A stretch of 64,000 bases of DNA. Source: Patescibacteria group bacterium (GTDB lineage: Bacteria > Patescibacteriota > Patescibacteriia > UBA10025 > JAHIVO01). Below, in pieces: positions 39,398 through 48,186 of this stretch. Below the pieces are notes generated by a model. The model was not told the DNA's origin. It did no database searches and worked only from the letters and a program-made list of their open reading frames with translations. Made by a program: the position numbers and the translations under genes. Within the stretch, counting starts at the first letter, position 1. Each line of letters opens with the position of its first letter. The stretch lies in NCBI GenBank assembly GCA_018816445.1, contig JAHIVO010000001.1, positions 8,354-72,353 on the forward strand. Reading direction: 5' to 3'.

Positions 39398-40595
39398 TAT
39401 TTGTGAGATTACGGTAAATATAAATAGTTTTATTTATAATTTTATCCCAAGTTAATGTTTGAGCAGTCAAATAACCTGCTTGACCCATTTTCTCGCGTTG
39501 CTGCTTGTCGTTTATCAAAAGCGTTAGTTTTTCAAGTAATTGATTTTGGTTATCAGGATCAATTATATATCCCTGTTGGTCATTTGTAATATATTCAGCA
39601 ATACCTGTACTAGCTGTGCAAATAAATGGTTTTTTTAAAGACATTGCTTCCAGGCAAACCATGGAAAAACTTTCAACCACACTTGGTTGAATTAATACAT
39701 GGCAGCAGGCCATAAAATTAATTAACTGCTTTGGCGGTAATTCATTAATAATATATACATTATTGTGTAGTTGTTTGCTCTGAATCAATTCTTGGTAATA
39801 TTTTTTTTTAGGACCTTTGCCGATTATTAATGTAATAAAATTGTTAATCTTATTTTGAATTAGCTGATGATTTGCTTGAATAACCATTTCGATTCTTTTT
39901 TCAGGGACAAATGACCCGATGGTCATAAGTACGATTTTATTTTTCATGACATTTTGCCAATAAGGAGTAATTGATTTCGGGGATGGAATATTTATGCCAT
40001 TTGGTATGATGTGAATTTGCTTATTTACGATTTTTTGATAAGTATTTGCCGCATTTTTTGAAACACATATTAATACGTTCATATTTTTAAGATTATCAAC
40101 GGCTTGCTTAAGAACGCCTTTACCGAATGTGGCAAGATGTTGAGGATAAAGGCCATGAATGGTAATAAGCGATGGAATTTTTAATATATTACCGATTAGT
40201 GAAGCTTCATCGCCAATATAAATCTCATGTCCGTGTACCAGGATAAACCGTTTTTTATTATGTAATTTTTTTGCTTGCTTAATTATTTTATATCTAACAT
40301 AGCGCTTATTAATTAAACTCGCCTGTTTATTTCTAATTATCCGCAACCATTGAAGCAATGAAAGCCAAAATGGGTGGTACTTAATGTAATAAATTTCAAG
40401 GCCATTATCATTTATTATAGATTTTTGTTTATTTGATAATATAAATCTTAGTGATACGGAATAAGGTGTAATTACGGTGATATTAAAGTATTGCTTTAAT
40501 GCATGAAGCTGATCAACTATAAATGTTCCAATTGCAGGATTGTATGCATTGGGGAAAAGCTGGGTAATGATAAGAATATTAGGTTTTATTTTCAT
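39390..40595 (-). CDS. GT4 glycosyltransferase
   Basis: FP...GTFI, TIHG, PNGI, PEKR, ESFSMVCLEAM. Confidence 0.88.
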   Translation of the reverse strand: MKIKPNILIITQLFPNAYNPAIGTFIVDQLHALKQYFNITVITPYSVSLRFILSNKQKSIINDNGLEIYYIKYHPFWLSLLQWLRIIRNKQASLINKRYVRYKIIKQAKKLHNKKRFILVHGHEIYIGDEASLIGNILKIPSLITIHGLYPQHLATFGKGVLKQAVDNLKNMNVLICVSKNAANTYQKIVNKQIHIIPNGINIPSPKSITPYWQNVMKNKIVLMTIGSFVPEKRIEMVIQANHQLIQNKINNFITLIIGKGPKKKYYQELIQSKQLHNNVYIINELPPKQLINFMACCHVLIQPSVVESFSMVCLEAMSLKKPFICTASTGIAEYITNDQQGYIIDPDNQNQLLEKLTLLINDKQQREKMGQAGYLTAQTLTWDKIINKTIYIYRNLTNNG

Positions 40596-41947
40596 GTTGA
40601 ATTGACTAGCGACCCTTTACTTAATTGTGACATCTTTTTTAGTTCTAAACGAATTTTTATGAACAAAACAACATTAGATGTAATATATGAAATAACGGTG
40701 ACCCAAACAGCTCCCATGATGCCATATTTTGGAATAAAGATGATATTCCCTATAATATTTAGTACAAGTATTGCAGCTGTAACCATGCTCATGAATTTCA
40801 CTTTTTTTAATACCAGGAGCATATTAACTATCGGGTTTAGAATAATACTAACAACTAAACTTATCAGCAAGACATAGAGTACGGGCATAGATTCAGTAAA
40901 TTTTTGTTGGAAGATTAATATAGTTAATGGTTTAATAAAAAAAAATGTGGGTAAAATTATAATTGTTATCAAAAAACTAAATTTTTGTATTTTTTTAGTA
41001 GCACCAATAAATTCTTGAGGTTTTTGGAAACTCGAAATTTTTGGCAATAGTACAGTATTAATTGCAGTAAGTATTATTAAGAAAGTCGCATATATTGTGT
41101 TTGCAAAAGAGTAGTAGGCTACTTGATCAAGACTAACCATGGAAGTTAACATAAAAATATCTGTTTTTTGAAAGAGAAGCGAAGCTATTGCCATGACGAT
41201 CAACCATTTACTGTAGTGGAACATTTCTTTTAATAATCCACGCGGGAGAATACTACCCGTTTTGACGATAACCCGATATTTTAAAAAATAGAACAGTCCT
41301 ATAAAAATAAAAATTAAATTTGATGCAATTCCGATATATATTACATTAACTGCCGTCAACATTTTCAATACAGTAAATAGTATAATAACAAGAGTAGTGA
41401 GAGTCGCCTGTGAGAACGTTAGTACAGAGAAGAGAGTGAATTTTTGTTGAGATTGAAAAAGAGTTTTAAAAAACGAAAAGACAATACTAAACAGGATATT
41501 AATGCCAGCTAACTTGATAAATAATGCTAATTCAGGTTTGTGGAATATTGAATTAGCGATTGTTGGAGCAAATATGAATAAAATTATTAATGAAACAACT
41601 CCAAGCAGGAATTCTAATATAAATATTTTTTTTATAAGAAGACCCGCTACATTAGTATCTTTTTTTAAATAAAGACTAAGATATCTAACAAAACTGATAT
41701 TTATTCCAGATAATGCAATACCTGCAACTATAGCACCGATATTGTTGTATGCTACTAGAGAACCTATAGCATTAACTTCTAAAACTTTAAGCGTTACCAA
41801 ACTACCGATAAAAGTAATACCAGTAGCCAAAATACTGGAAGAGAAAACTTTTCCAGTATCTTTAACAACTTTTGAGGATAGAGTACCCTTAATATCTGAG
41901 AAGTTGAAGAAGGTAAGTAGTAACTTGAGATAATTCATCTGGTACAA
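40592..41947 (-). CDS. Wzx/MOP-family oligosaccharide flippase
   Basis: Multi-TM; KTDIFML...VAYYS; FIPKYGIMGAVW. Confidence 0.88.
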   Translation of the reverse strand: MYQMNYLKLLLTFFNFSDIKGTLSSKVVKDTGKVFSSSILATGITFIGSLVTLKVLEVNAIGSLVAYNNIGAIVAGIALSGINISFVRYLSLYLKKDTNVAGLLIKKIFILEFLLGVVSLIILFIFAPTIANSIFHKPELALFIKLAGINILFSIVFSFFKTLFQSQQKFTLFSVLTFSQATLTTLVIILFTVLKMLTAVNVIYIGIASNLIFIFIGLFYFLKYRVIVKTGSILPRGLLKEMFHYSKWLIVMAIASLLFQKTDIFMLTSMVSLDQVAYYSFANTIYATFLIILTAINTVLLPKISSFQKPQEFIGATKKIQKFSFLITIIILPTFFFIKPLTILIFQQKFTESMPVLYVLLISLVVSIILNPIVNMLLVLKKVKFMSMVTAAILVLNIIGNIIFIPKYGIMGAVWVTVISYITSNVVLFIKIRLELKKMSQLSKGSLVNST

Positions 41948-41963
41948 ATGTTAAATTGTGCTT

Positions 41964-43055
41964 TTAATAAAAACTACTAATTGATTTTGTGATAATATTC
42001 TGGTCATCTGCAGATAGTTCCGGATACATTGGTAGTGACAAAACTTCACGGCTAGCTCTTTCTGATTCTATTAAATCGCCTTCTTTATATTTCAAATATT
42101 TAAAAGCTGGCTGTAGATGGAGGGGGAGTGGATAGTGAATCGCAGTTGGTATACCTTTCTCTTTCAGGTTTTTTTGCAATTCATCTCTTTTTTTAACCCG
42201 TATTGTATACTGCTGGTAAACAGTTTTTGTATCTGGAAGAGTGGAAGGAGTAACCACCTCAGTCTGCTTAAACAGTTCATTGTATTTTTCAGCCTTTTGA
42301 ATGCGTAAATCATTCCATTTATCTAAATGTTTCAGTTTTACCCTGAGAATAGCTGCCTGCAGGTTATCTAAGCGTGATGAATCGCCAATGAATTCATGAT
42401 AGTATTTTTTTCTTGAACCATGATTCCTAAGCATGGCTATTTTTTCTGCAATTTTTTCATCTTCCGTAACAATCATGCCGGCATCACCAAAAGCACCCAG
42501 GTTTTTGGCCGGAAAAAACGATAAACAACCAATGTGCCCGATTGAGCACACCTTTTTTCCTTTGTATTCCGCACCAATAGCTTGAGCAGCGTCTTCTATA
42601 ACATATAGATTATGTCTGGCTGCAATGTCCATAATTGGATCCATGTCTGCCGGCTGTCCATATAAATGGACTGGAATTATTGCTTTAGTTTTACTTGTTA
42701 TTTTTTCTTCAATTTTACTTGGATCAATATTGAAAGTTTTTGGGTCAATATCCACAAAAATTGGTTTAGCCTGTTCTAGAACAACAACTTCTGCAGTTGA
42801 AATAAATGTAAAGGTAGGGACAATAACTTCATCACCCTGTTTGATATCTAATGCACGTAATGCCAAAAGTAATGCATCAGATCCTGAGTTTAATCCTACT
42901 GCGTATTTTGATTGGCAGTATTGTGCAATAGCAGATTCTAGCTTTTTTATATCATCTCCCATTATAAACGCACTCCTTTTGATAACATCTTGAATTGCCC
43001 AATCTATTTCGTTTTTAATTGATTGATACTGAGCATTTAAGTCTAATAGTTTCAT
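41964..43055 (-). CDS. DegT/DnrJ aminotransferase (WbpE/WlbC-like)
   Basis: NSGSDAL, VHLYGQ, EDAAQAIG, SFFPAKNLG, SRLDNLQAA. Confidence 0.9.
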   Translation of the reverse strand: MKLLDLNAQYQSIKNEIDWAIQDVIKRSAFIMGDDIKKLESAIAQYCQSKYAVGLNSGSDALLLALRALDIKQGDEVIVPTFTFISTAEVVVLEQAKPIFVDIDPKTFNIDPSKIEEKITSKTKAIIPVHLYGQPADMDPIMDIAARHNLYVIEDAAQAIGAEYKGKKVCSIGHIGCLSFFPAKNLGAFGDAGMIVTEDEKIAEKIAMLRNHGSRKKYYHEFIGDSSRLDNLQAAILRVKLKHLDKWNDLRIQKAEKYNELFKQTEVVTPSTLPDTKTVYQQYTIRVKKRDELQKNLKEKGIPTAIHYPLPLHLQPAFKYLKYKEGDLIESERASREVLSLPMYPELSADDQNIITKSISSFY

Positions 43056-43627
43056 TTTTTTTCAATTTTATTATTATTTTTTGAATATTTTAAACCGCAT
43101 TTTAAACATTCACCTGATTCATCTTTAAAATGCAGGTGTTCTCCGCATTCGCACATCCAGCCTTCAACTTTTGCCGGATTGCCGTAAACTAATGCATAAT
43201 CCGGGATGTCTTTTGTCACAACCGATCCAGAGCCTATAAAGGCGTGCTTGCCAATGGTGTGGCCGCAAATTATAGTGGCGTTTGCGCCGATAGTTGCTCC
43301 TTGTTTAATAGTGGTTTTCAAATAGCGGTTATGTTTTGGGTATTTTGAGCGGGGATTAATATCATTTGTAAAGACCATAGAAGGACCGCAAAATACATCG
43401 TCTTCCAGGGTTACTCCATCAAATACTGATACATTGTTTTGAATTTTTACATTATTGCCAATAATTGATTTACCGCCAATATAGACGTTTTGGCCTAAGA
43501 TGCAGTTACGTCCTATTTGAGCTCCTTTCATAACATGGCAAAAATGCCAAATTTTTGTTTCTTTGCCGATCTCAACCGGTTCATCAATGAAACTTGATTT
43601 GTGTAAAAAATAATCTTTATTATCCAT
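43052..43627 (-). CDS. Hexapeptide-repeat N-acetyltransferase (WbpD/WlbB-like)
   Basis: TKIWHFCH, GQNV, KIQNNVS, FCGPSMVFTN, NPRS, GWMCECG...CLKCG. Confidence 0.9.
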   Translation of the reverse strand: MDNKDYFLHKSSFIDEPVEIGKETKIWHFCHVMKGAQIGRNCILGQNVYIGGKSIIGNNVKIQNNVSVFDGVTLEDDVFCGPSMVFTNDINPRSKYPKHNRYLKTTIKQGATIGANATIICGHTIGKHAFIGSGSVVTKDIPDYALVYGNPAKVEGWMCECGEHLHFKDESGECLKCGLKYSKNNNKIEKK

Positions 43628-43699
43628 TGTTATCCATATTATTTATTTATTCTAAATTTAGGTTCAAAATTGCTTAATTTATCAAAAAAGGTTGGTCAT

Positions 43700-43728
43700 A
43701 TTATACCAACCTTGTTTCTTATTCGCAA
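43700..43728 (-). promoter_or_regulatory. Sigma70-type promoter
   Basis: TTGCGA-N17-TATAAT with TG extension, upstream of the acetyltransferase. Confidence 0.55.
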
Positions 43729-43735
43729 GTAAGTA

Positions 43736-44956
43736 TTATTGGAGTTTATCGCTAAAAAGATGGTTAAATAATCTATTATCAAATTTAGTAAATTTCACTT
43801 GCCTCCTGCTCATTACTTTTTTGGCGGTATCCATAGCTTTATCAAGTTTATATTTAATTGGTCCTTTCTGGGCGTCAAACCAAGCAAAAGAGGGGATACA
43901 TTTTGGTAAGTAGCCGGCACCGAAAACATTAGCAGAAAATCCAACTACTGTGCCCGTATTAAACATAGTATTTATGCCGGTTTTTGAATGGTCACCCATA
44001 AAAAGACCGACAAATGTTAAGCGAGTGTTAATTTTATTATTTCCCATTATTACTGTCACAGGCCCATAATTATTTTTTAGATCACTGTTGTTGGTATCAG
44101 CGCCAAGATTGCACCAGCTGCCTATGTAAGAATGCCCCAGAAATCCTTCATGCTGCTTATTGGAAAATTCATGTATTATCGATTCTTCAATTTCTCCGCC
44201 GATTTTTGAAGCCTGGCCAATTGTCGTACCAGGATATATTTTCGCACCGCTTTTTATCAGACATTTTTTGCCAATAAATACAGGTCCTGTAATAGTACAT
44301 AGCGGAAGTATTTCTGTGCCTCTTTCTATGACAACTGGCCCTTTTTCTGCATCAATGACAGCACCTGATTTTATCTTTGAATTTTTTTCAATAAAAATCC
44401 TTTTTTTATTAATCAGAGTTACTTGGGGATAGATTTTACCGTTGATTTTCCCAAGTTCATAGTTATTTTCAGCATCATTGATGACTTCAGTTTCATTATT
44501 TTCAACTAAATCCCAGATGTATTCAGCTAAGGTTACTTTTACGTTTTTTCTCTTTGCTTTAATATCTTTAAAATCCAGCCAGTCTTTTTTTAAATTGATT
44601 TTTTTTAAATTTTCTTTAGTAATATAAGCTGCAATTATCTCTCCCTTAAAAGTAAAAATTACGTCATCTTTTAATGGCCAAAGCTTATTGGCTAGTTTCT
44701 TGTCTGCGATTATGCGGCCATTAATAAAGAGGCACGAATTCATTTTTTTTGCGGACAGAATATTTGTGTTTTTCCGGAGTTTTAGTAATGGCTGGATGTA
44801 TAGCCGGCAATGGTAGTAAACTGCAGATCCCGGCATGCATTTTTTAATTTTTTCAGCCAAACTGAAAATTCCGCAGCGTAGCTGGTAAACAGGCCGGGAT
44901 AATGACAGGGGATGAAAGTTTTTTACTTTTTCATCTTCAAATATGCAAATATTCAT
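43736..44956 (-). CDS. GlmU-like putative sugar nucleotidyltransferase/acetyltransferase
   Basis: FHPLSLSRPVYQLRCGI, hexapeptide repeats, GGEIEES, SNKQHEGFLGHSY, NLGADTNNSDLKNNY, GDHSKTGIN. Confidence 0.8.
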   Translation of the reverse strand: MNICIFEDEKVKNFHPLSLSRPVYQLRCGIFSLAEKIKKCMPGSAVYYHCRLYIQPLLKLRKNTNILSAKKMNSCLFINGRIIADKKLANKLWPLKDDVIFTFKGEIIAAYITKENLKKINLKKDWLDFKDIKAKRKNVKVTLAEYIWDLVENNETEVINDAENNYELGKINGKIYPQVTLINKKRIFIEKNSKIKSGAVIDAEKGPVVIERGTEILPLCTITGPVFIGKKCLIKSGAKIYPGTTIGQASKIGGEIEESIIHEFSNKQHEGFLGHSYIGSWCNLGADTNNSDLKNNYGPVTVIMGNNKINTRLTFVGLFMGDHSKTGINTMFNTGTVVGFSANVFGAGYLPKCIPSFAWFDAQKGPIKYKLDKAMDTAKKVMSRRQVKFTKFDNRLFNHLFSDKLQ

Positions 44957-44957
44957 G

Positions 44958-46010
44958 CTACTTTATTATTGGTAATTCTACCTGTTGTTTTGTCTTGGCT
45001 GATTCGTAAATGGCCTCAATAATTTCTACTGACTTGCGCGCTTCACGTCCGTCCATGGCTACATCTTTGTAATTACTAAAATGATCAATAATACTTCGGT
45101 AAACAAAGATATGCCTTGGCGAGGATCCCTGAAATAATCCTAATTCATATACCTGAGGCGGAATATTATTTTGTATTTGAGGTTCAGGATAGTCTTCAAC
45201 TTCCCAAGTTTCAAATTTATCAATAGCTTTGCCGCCGATTTTTATCGTACCTTTACTGCCCATGACAGTCAGGGAACATTCCAGGTTTTTTGGATACGTA
45301 TTTATTGAAAATTCAAGAGTAGCATAAGCTCCATTGGTGAATTGGAGTATGGCATAAGCTTCATCTTCGGTTTCTGTATTGTGGGCAACAGTATCAATTT
45401 TAGCAAAAACATTTTTAACTGGCCCAAAAAACCATTGCAGAATATCAACGTAATGATCGCCTTGGTTTAATAGTGCTCCGCCATCAAGCTTTTTTGTGCC
45501 GCGCCAATTAACTTCATCAAAATACGCTTGCGGTCTGGTCCAGCGGATTGTTAATGCTCCGGAATATAATTTACCAAATTTCCCTTCTTCTATGGCTTTC
45601 TTGGCAATAATTACTGCTGGGTTGTATCTGACTTGTTTAACTACAAAAAGTTTTTTCTGATTTTTTTCAAAAGCTTTGATAATTTCATCAATTTCTGTTG
45701 TATTCAAAGCTAGAGGTTTTTCTATCAACGCATGCTTGCCTGCATTAGCTGCGGCAATTCCCATTTCAGCGTGCAGTCCGTTGGGCGTGCAGATTGACAC
45801 TATATCAATATCATCTTGTGTTAGCATTTTATTATAATCCGTATACCATTTTGTTTTATATTTTTCTCCATACTCCTTTGCTTTTAACTCTGTTTTATCA
45901 CAAAGGGCGGCGAGATTTAATTCATCTTTATAGAGTTGTATAGAACCAAAATGCTGACTAGAGATTCTGGAACAACCAATAATTCCAAAATTAATTTTTT
46001 TATTCTTCAT
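44958..46010 (-). CDS. Gfo/Idh/MocA oxidoreductase (WbpB/WlbA-like)
   Basis: GIIGCSRI, CTPNGLH, EKPLA, WRG...DGGALLNQ. Confidence 0.88.
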   Translation of the reverse strand: MKNKKINFGIIGCSRISSQHFGSIQLYKDELNLAALCDKTELKAKEYGEKYKTKWYTDYNKMLTQDDIDIVSICTPNGLHAEMGIAAANAGKHALIEKPLALNTTEIDEIIKAFEKNQKKLFVVKQVRYNPAVIIAKKAIEEGKFGKLYSGALTIRWTRPQAYFDEVNWRGTKKLDGGALLNQGDHYVDILQWFFGPVKNVFAKIDTVAHNTETEDEAYAILQFTNGAYATLEFSINTYPKNLECSLTVMGSKGTIKIGGKAIDKFETWEVEDYPEPQIQNNIPPQVYELGLFQGSSPRHIFVYRSIIDHFSNYKDVAMDGREARKSVEIIEAIYESAKTKQQVELPIIK

Positions 46011-46383
46011 ATATCGTTTTTTTAGAGATCCCCTTTTTATTTTTAAAGATTAGCAATATTATTCCAATTAAGCAAATAACAAAAATTTCAATGATTACAT
46101 CAAGTGTATTGATAAGTAAACCGATTTTATTTAATATAAAGACCAATAATGGTACGATGGCAATTGAGAAAACGATTGACAAAGTAGTCCGTTCAAGATT
46201 ATCTATTTTATCTTTAGACCAAATAACCCAAGTCCAAATGAAACCCGGAATAAAAATTACAAATACAGCCCCAAACACAAGTCTAAATGATTCATTAAGG
46301 GGAAGTGATATTCCCAGAATAAGCGAAACAACGACTAAAACCAGAACAAAGGCTAATATATAAGTCATCCAATTTTTTTTCAT
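46000..46383 (-). CDS. Small membrane protein, DUF1616-like
   Basis: FRLVFG...FIPGF...IDNLER...SIVFSIAIVPL; start moved to ATG 46383. Confidence 0.7.
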   Translation of the reverse strand: MKKNWMTYILAFVLVLVVVSLILGISLPLNESFRLVFGAVFVIFIPGFIWTWVIWSKDKIDNLERTTLSIVFSIAIVPLLVFILNKIGLLINTLDVIIEIFVICLIGIILLIFKNKKGISKKTIYEE

Positions 46384-46417
46384 AAAGATAATGATATAAT
46401 ACCAGGAATATTTTATT

Positions 46418-46446
46418 TTGAGAAGACCATTTTTTAATGATATAAT
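46418..46446 (+). promoter_or_regulatory. Sigma70-type promoter (near-leaderless transcript)
   Basis: TTGAGA-N17-TATAAT with TG extension; the -10 ends 11 bp before ATG 46458. Confidence 0.55.
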
Positions 46447-46457
46447 TAAGTACATCT

Positions 46458-48122
46458 ATGATTAAGTCAATATTTGTCAGTAAAAATATCTATTTGCTAA
46501 TTTTAATTGGTCTGGGGATAATTTTTTTTGTGGTATATGCTTGGCAATATTATGGATTAGATACATTATTCACTTCTCCTGACGAAACGGCAAATTATTT
46601 TTTTATAGAATTATTTGCCAACCAAGGTCAATTAAGCTATGAGGAGCCATTAAATGTTGATGTTAATAATGTAATCAAGCCCAGAAGCATGGGTGTCAAT
46701 GGTGATAATGTTGTGCCCGGGAGCTTTTTAGGGATTATCTTGTTATATGGCTTGATAGCAAAAATTTTTGGTTTGAAAATCGTATTATATTTAACTCCAT
46801 TATTTTCCGTTATATCTGTAATATTTTTTTATTTATTAATCAAGGAAGTTTTCAATAAAAAAGTTGCTTTTGTATCTTCAGTATTTTTATTTTTTTTACC
46901 ACCATTTTGGTATTACAGCGCACGAGGGATGTTTCATAATGCCTTATTTATTTCTTTATTAATTATTGGTTGTTATTTTATTGTTAAATCGATTAAAAAT
47001 TCAAATGCTACAGTTAAAGCTATAAGTAATTATTTTTTAGCTGGTTTATTTGTCGGTCTGGCGTTAATCACACGTACTTCCGAAACCATTTGGATTTTTG
47101 TAGTAACTATTTTACTTTTTTCATTTTTTAGAAAAAACATCAAATGGTATTTTCCTGTTATCTTTTTTGTAGTTATTATGCTAGTTTTTTCTCCAATTCT
47201 TTTTTTAAATAATCAATTATATGGTTCGCCATTTTCATTTTCCTATTCATCCCAGACCATTGATTCCTCGTCTTTACAAACATTTACTCAATCGAGCCTA
47301 GAAAAATTTAAACAATTAATCTGGCCATTTAATTTTGATTTTAATTACGCTAGTCAATCTTTTTATAATTATATTTTATTAATATTTCCATGGTTTTCAA
47401 TATTTTTTGTTATTGGTTTTATTCGACTTTGGAAAAATGTCATTAATAGTATATTTTTTAAAATGCGAGGCCTCAAATATCAGGCATCGATATCAGAAGC
47501 ACAAAAAAAATACGGGATTCTATTCACCGTTATATTGATCTGGCTATTTTTATATTATGGATCATATTTTTTTATAGAATATTTGGATCCTACAAGAATT
47601 ATTTTAGGGTCTTCATACTTACGTTATTGGTTACCTATATTCGTATTTGGTTTGCCGTTTGTGACAATAGGTATTTCTAAAGTAACATTTTTATTCAGGC
47701 AGCCATTAATAAAAAAAATAATTATTAGTACATGTTTTTTATTTTTTTGTTCCTTTTCTGTGATAACTGTTTTATCTGATCCGCTTCAAGGATTATACGC
47801 ACTTAAAACCAATATTTCTCAAGATATCCAAAAAAATAGGCTAATAATTGCTCAAACTGAATCCAACTCGATTATTATAAGCGGTTATAATGATAAAGTT
47901 TTTTTCCCAAGCAGAAAAGTAATTGTAGGTTGGCCAGCGGAAGATACATTATTTGATAAATCCATGAAAGTAATGATCAGGGAGCATCCTGTATACTTTT
48001 TTTACAATCCCTTAGATGAAAACAGTTTACGTACTAAAAATTTAATTCACAAATTTAACTATAATATTGAAGAAGTTACTAATAATAATAGAACCGAAGA
48101 AGTATTATATAAAATTCAATAA
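46458..48122 (+). CDS. GT-C (PMT/ArnT-like, GT39/GT83-type) membrane glycosyltransferase
   Basis: SPDETANY acidic motif in the first loop, GLALITR, SYLRYWLP, about 12 TM segments. Confidence 0.7.
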   Translation: MIKSIFVSKNIYLLILIGLGIIFFVVYAWQYYGLDTLFTSPDETANYFFIELFANQGQLSYEEPLNVDVNNVIKPRSMGVNGDNVVPGSFLGIILLYGLIAKIFGLKIVLYLTPLFSVISVIFFYLLIKEVFNKKVAFVSSVFLFFLPPFWYYSARGMFHNALFISLLIIGCYFIVKSIKNSNATVKAISNYFLAGLFVGLALITRTSETIWIFVVTILLFSFFRKNIKWYFPVIFFVVIMLVFSPILFLNNQLYGSPFSFSYSSQTIDSSSLQTFTQSSLEKFKQLIWPFNFDFNYASQSFYNYILLIFPWFSIFFVIGFIRLWKNVINSIFFKMRGLKYQASISEAQKKYGILFTVILIWLFLYYGSYFFIEYLDPTRIILGSSYLRYWLPIFVFGLPFVTIGISKVTFLFRQPLIKKIIISTCFLFFCSFSVITVLSDPLQGLYALKTNISQDIQKNRLIIAQTESNSIIISGYNDKVFFPSRKVIVGWPAEDTLFDKSMKVMIREHPVYFFYNPLDENSLRTKNLIHKFNYNIEEVTNNNRTEEVLYKIQ

Positions 48123-48186
48123 TATATTGATTTATTTATAAAAGTATTATACATTTATTGATACAGATTAAAATCAGCTTATTGTA

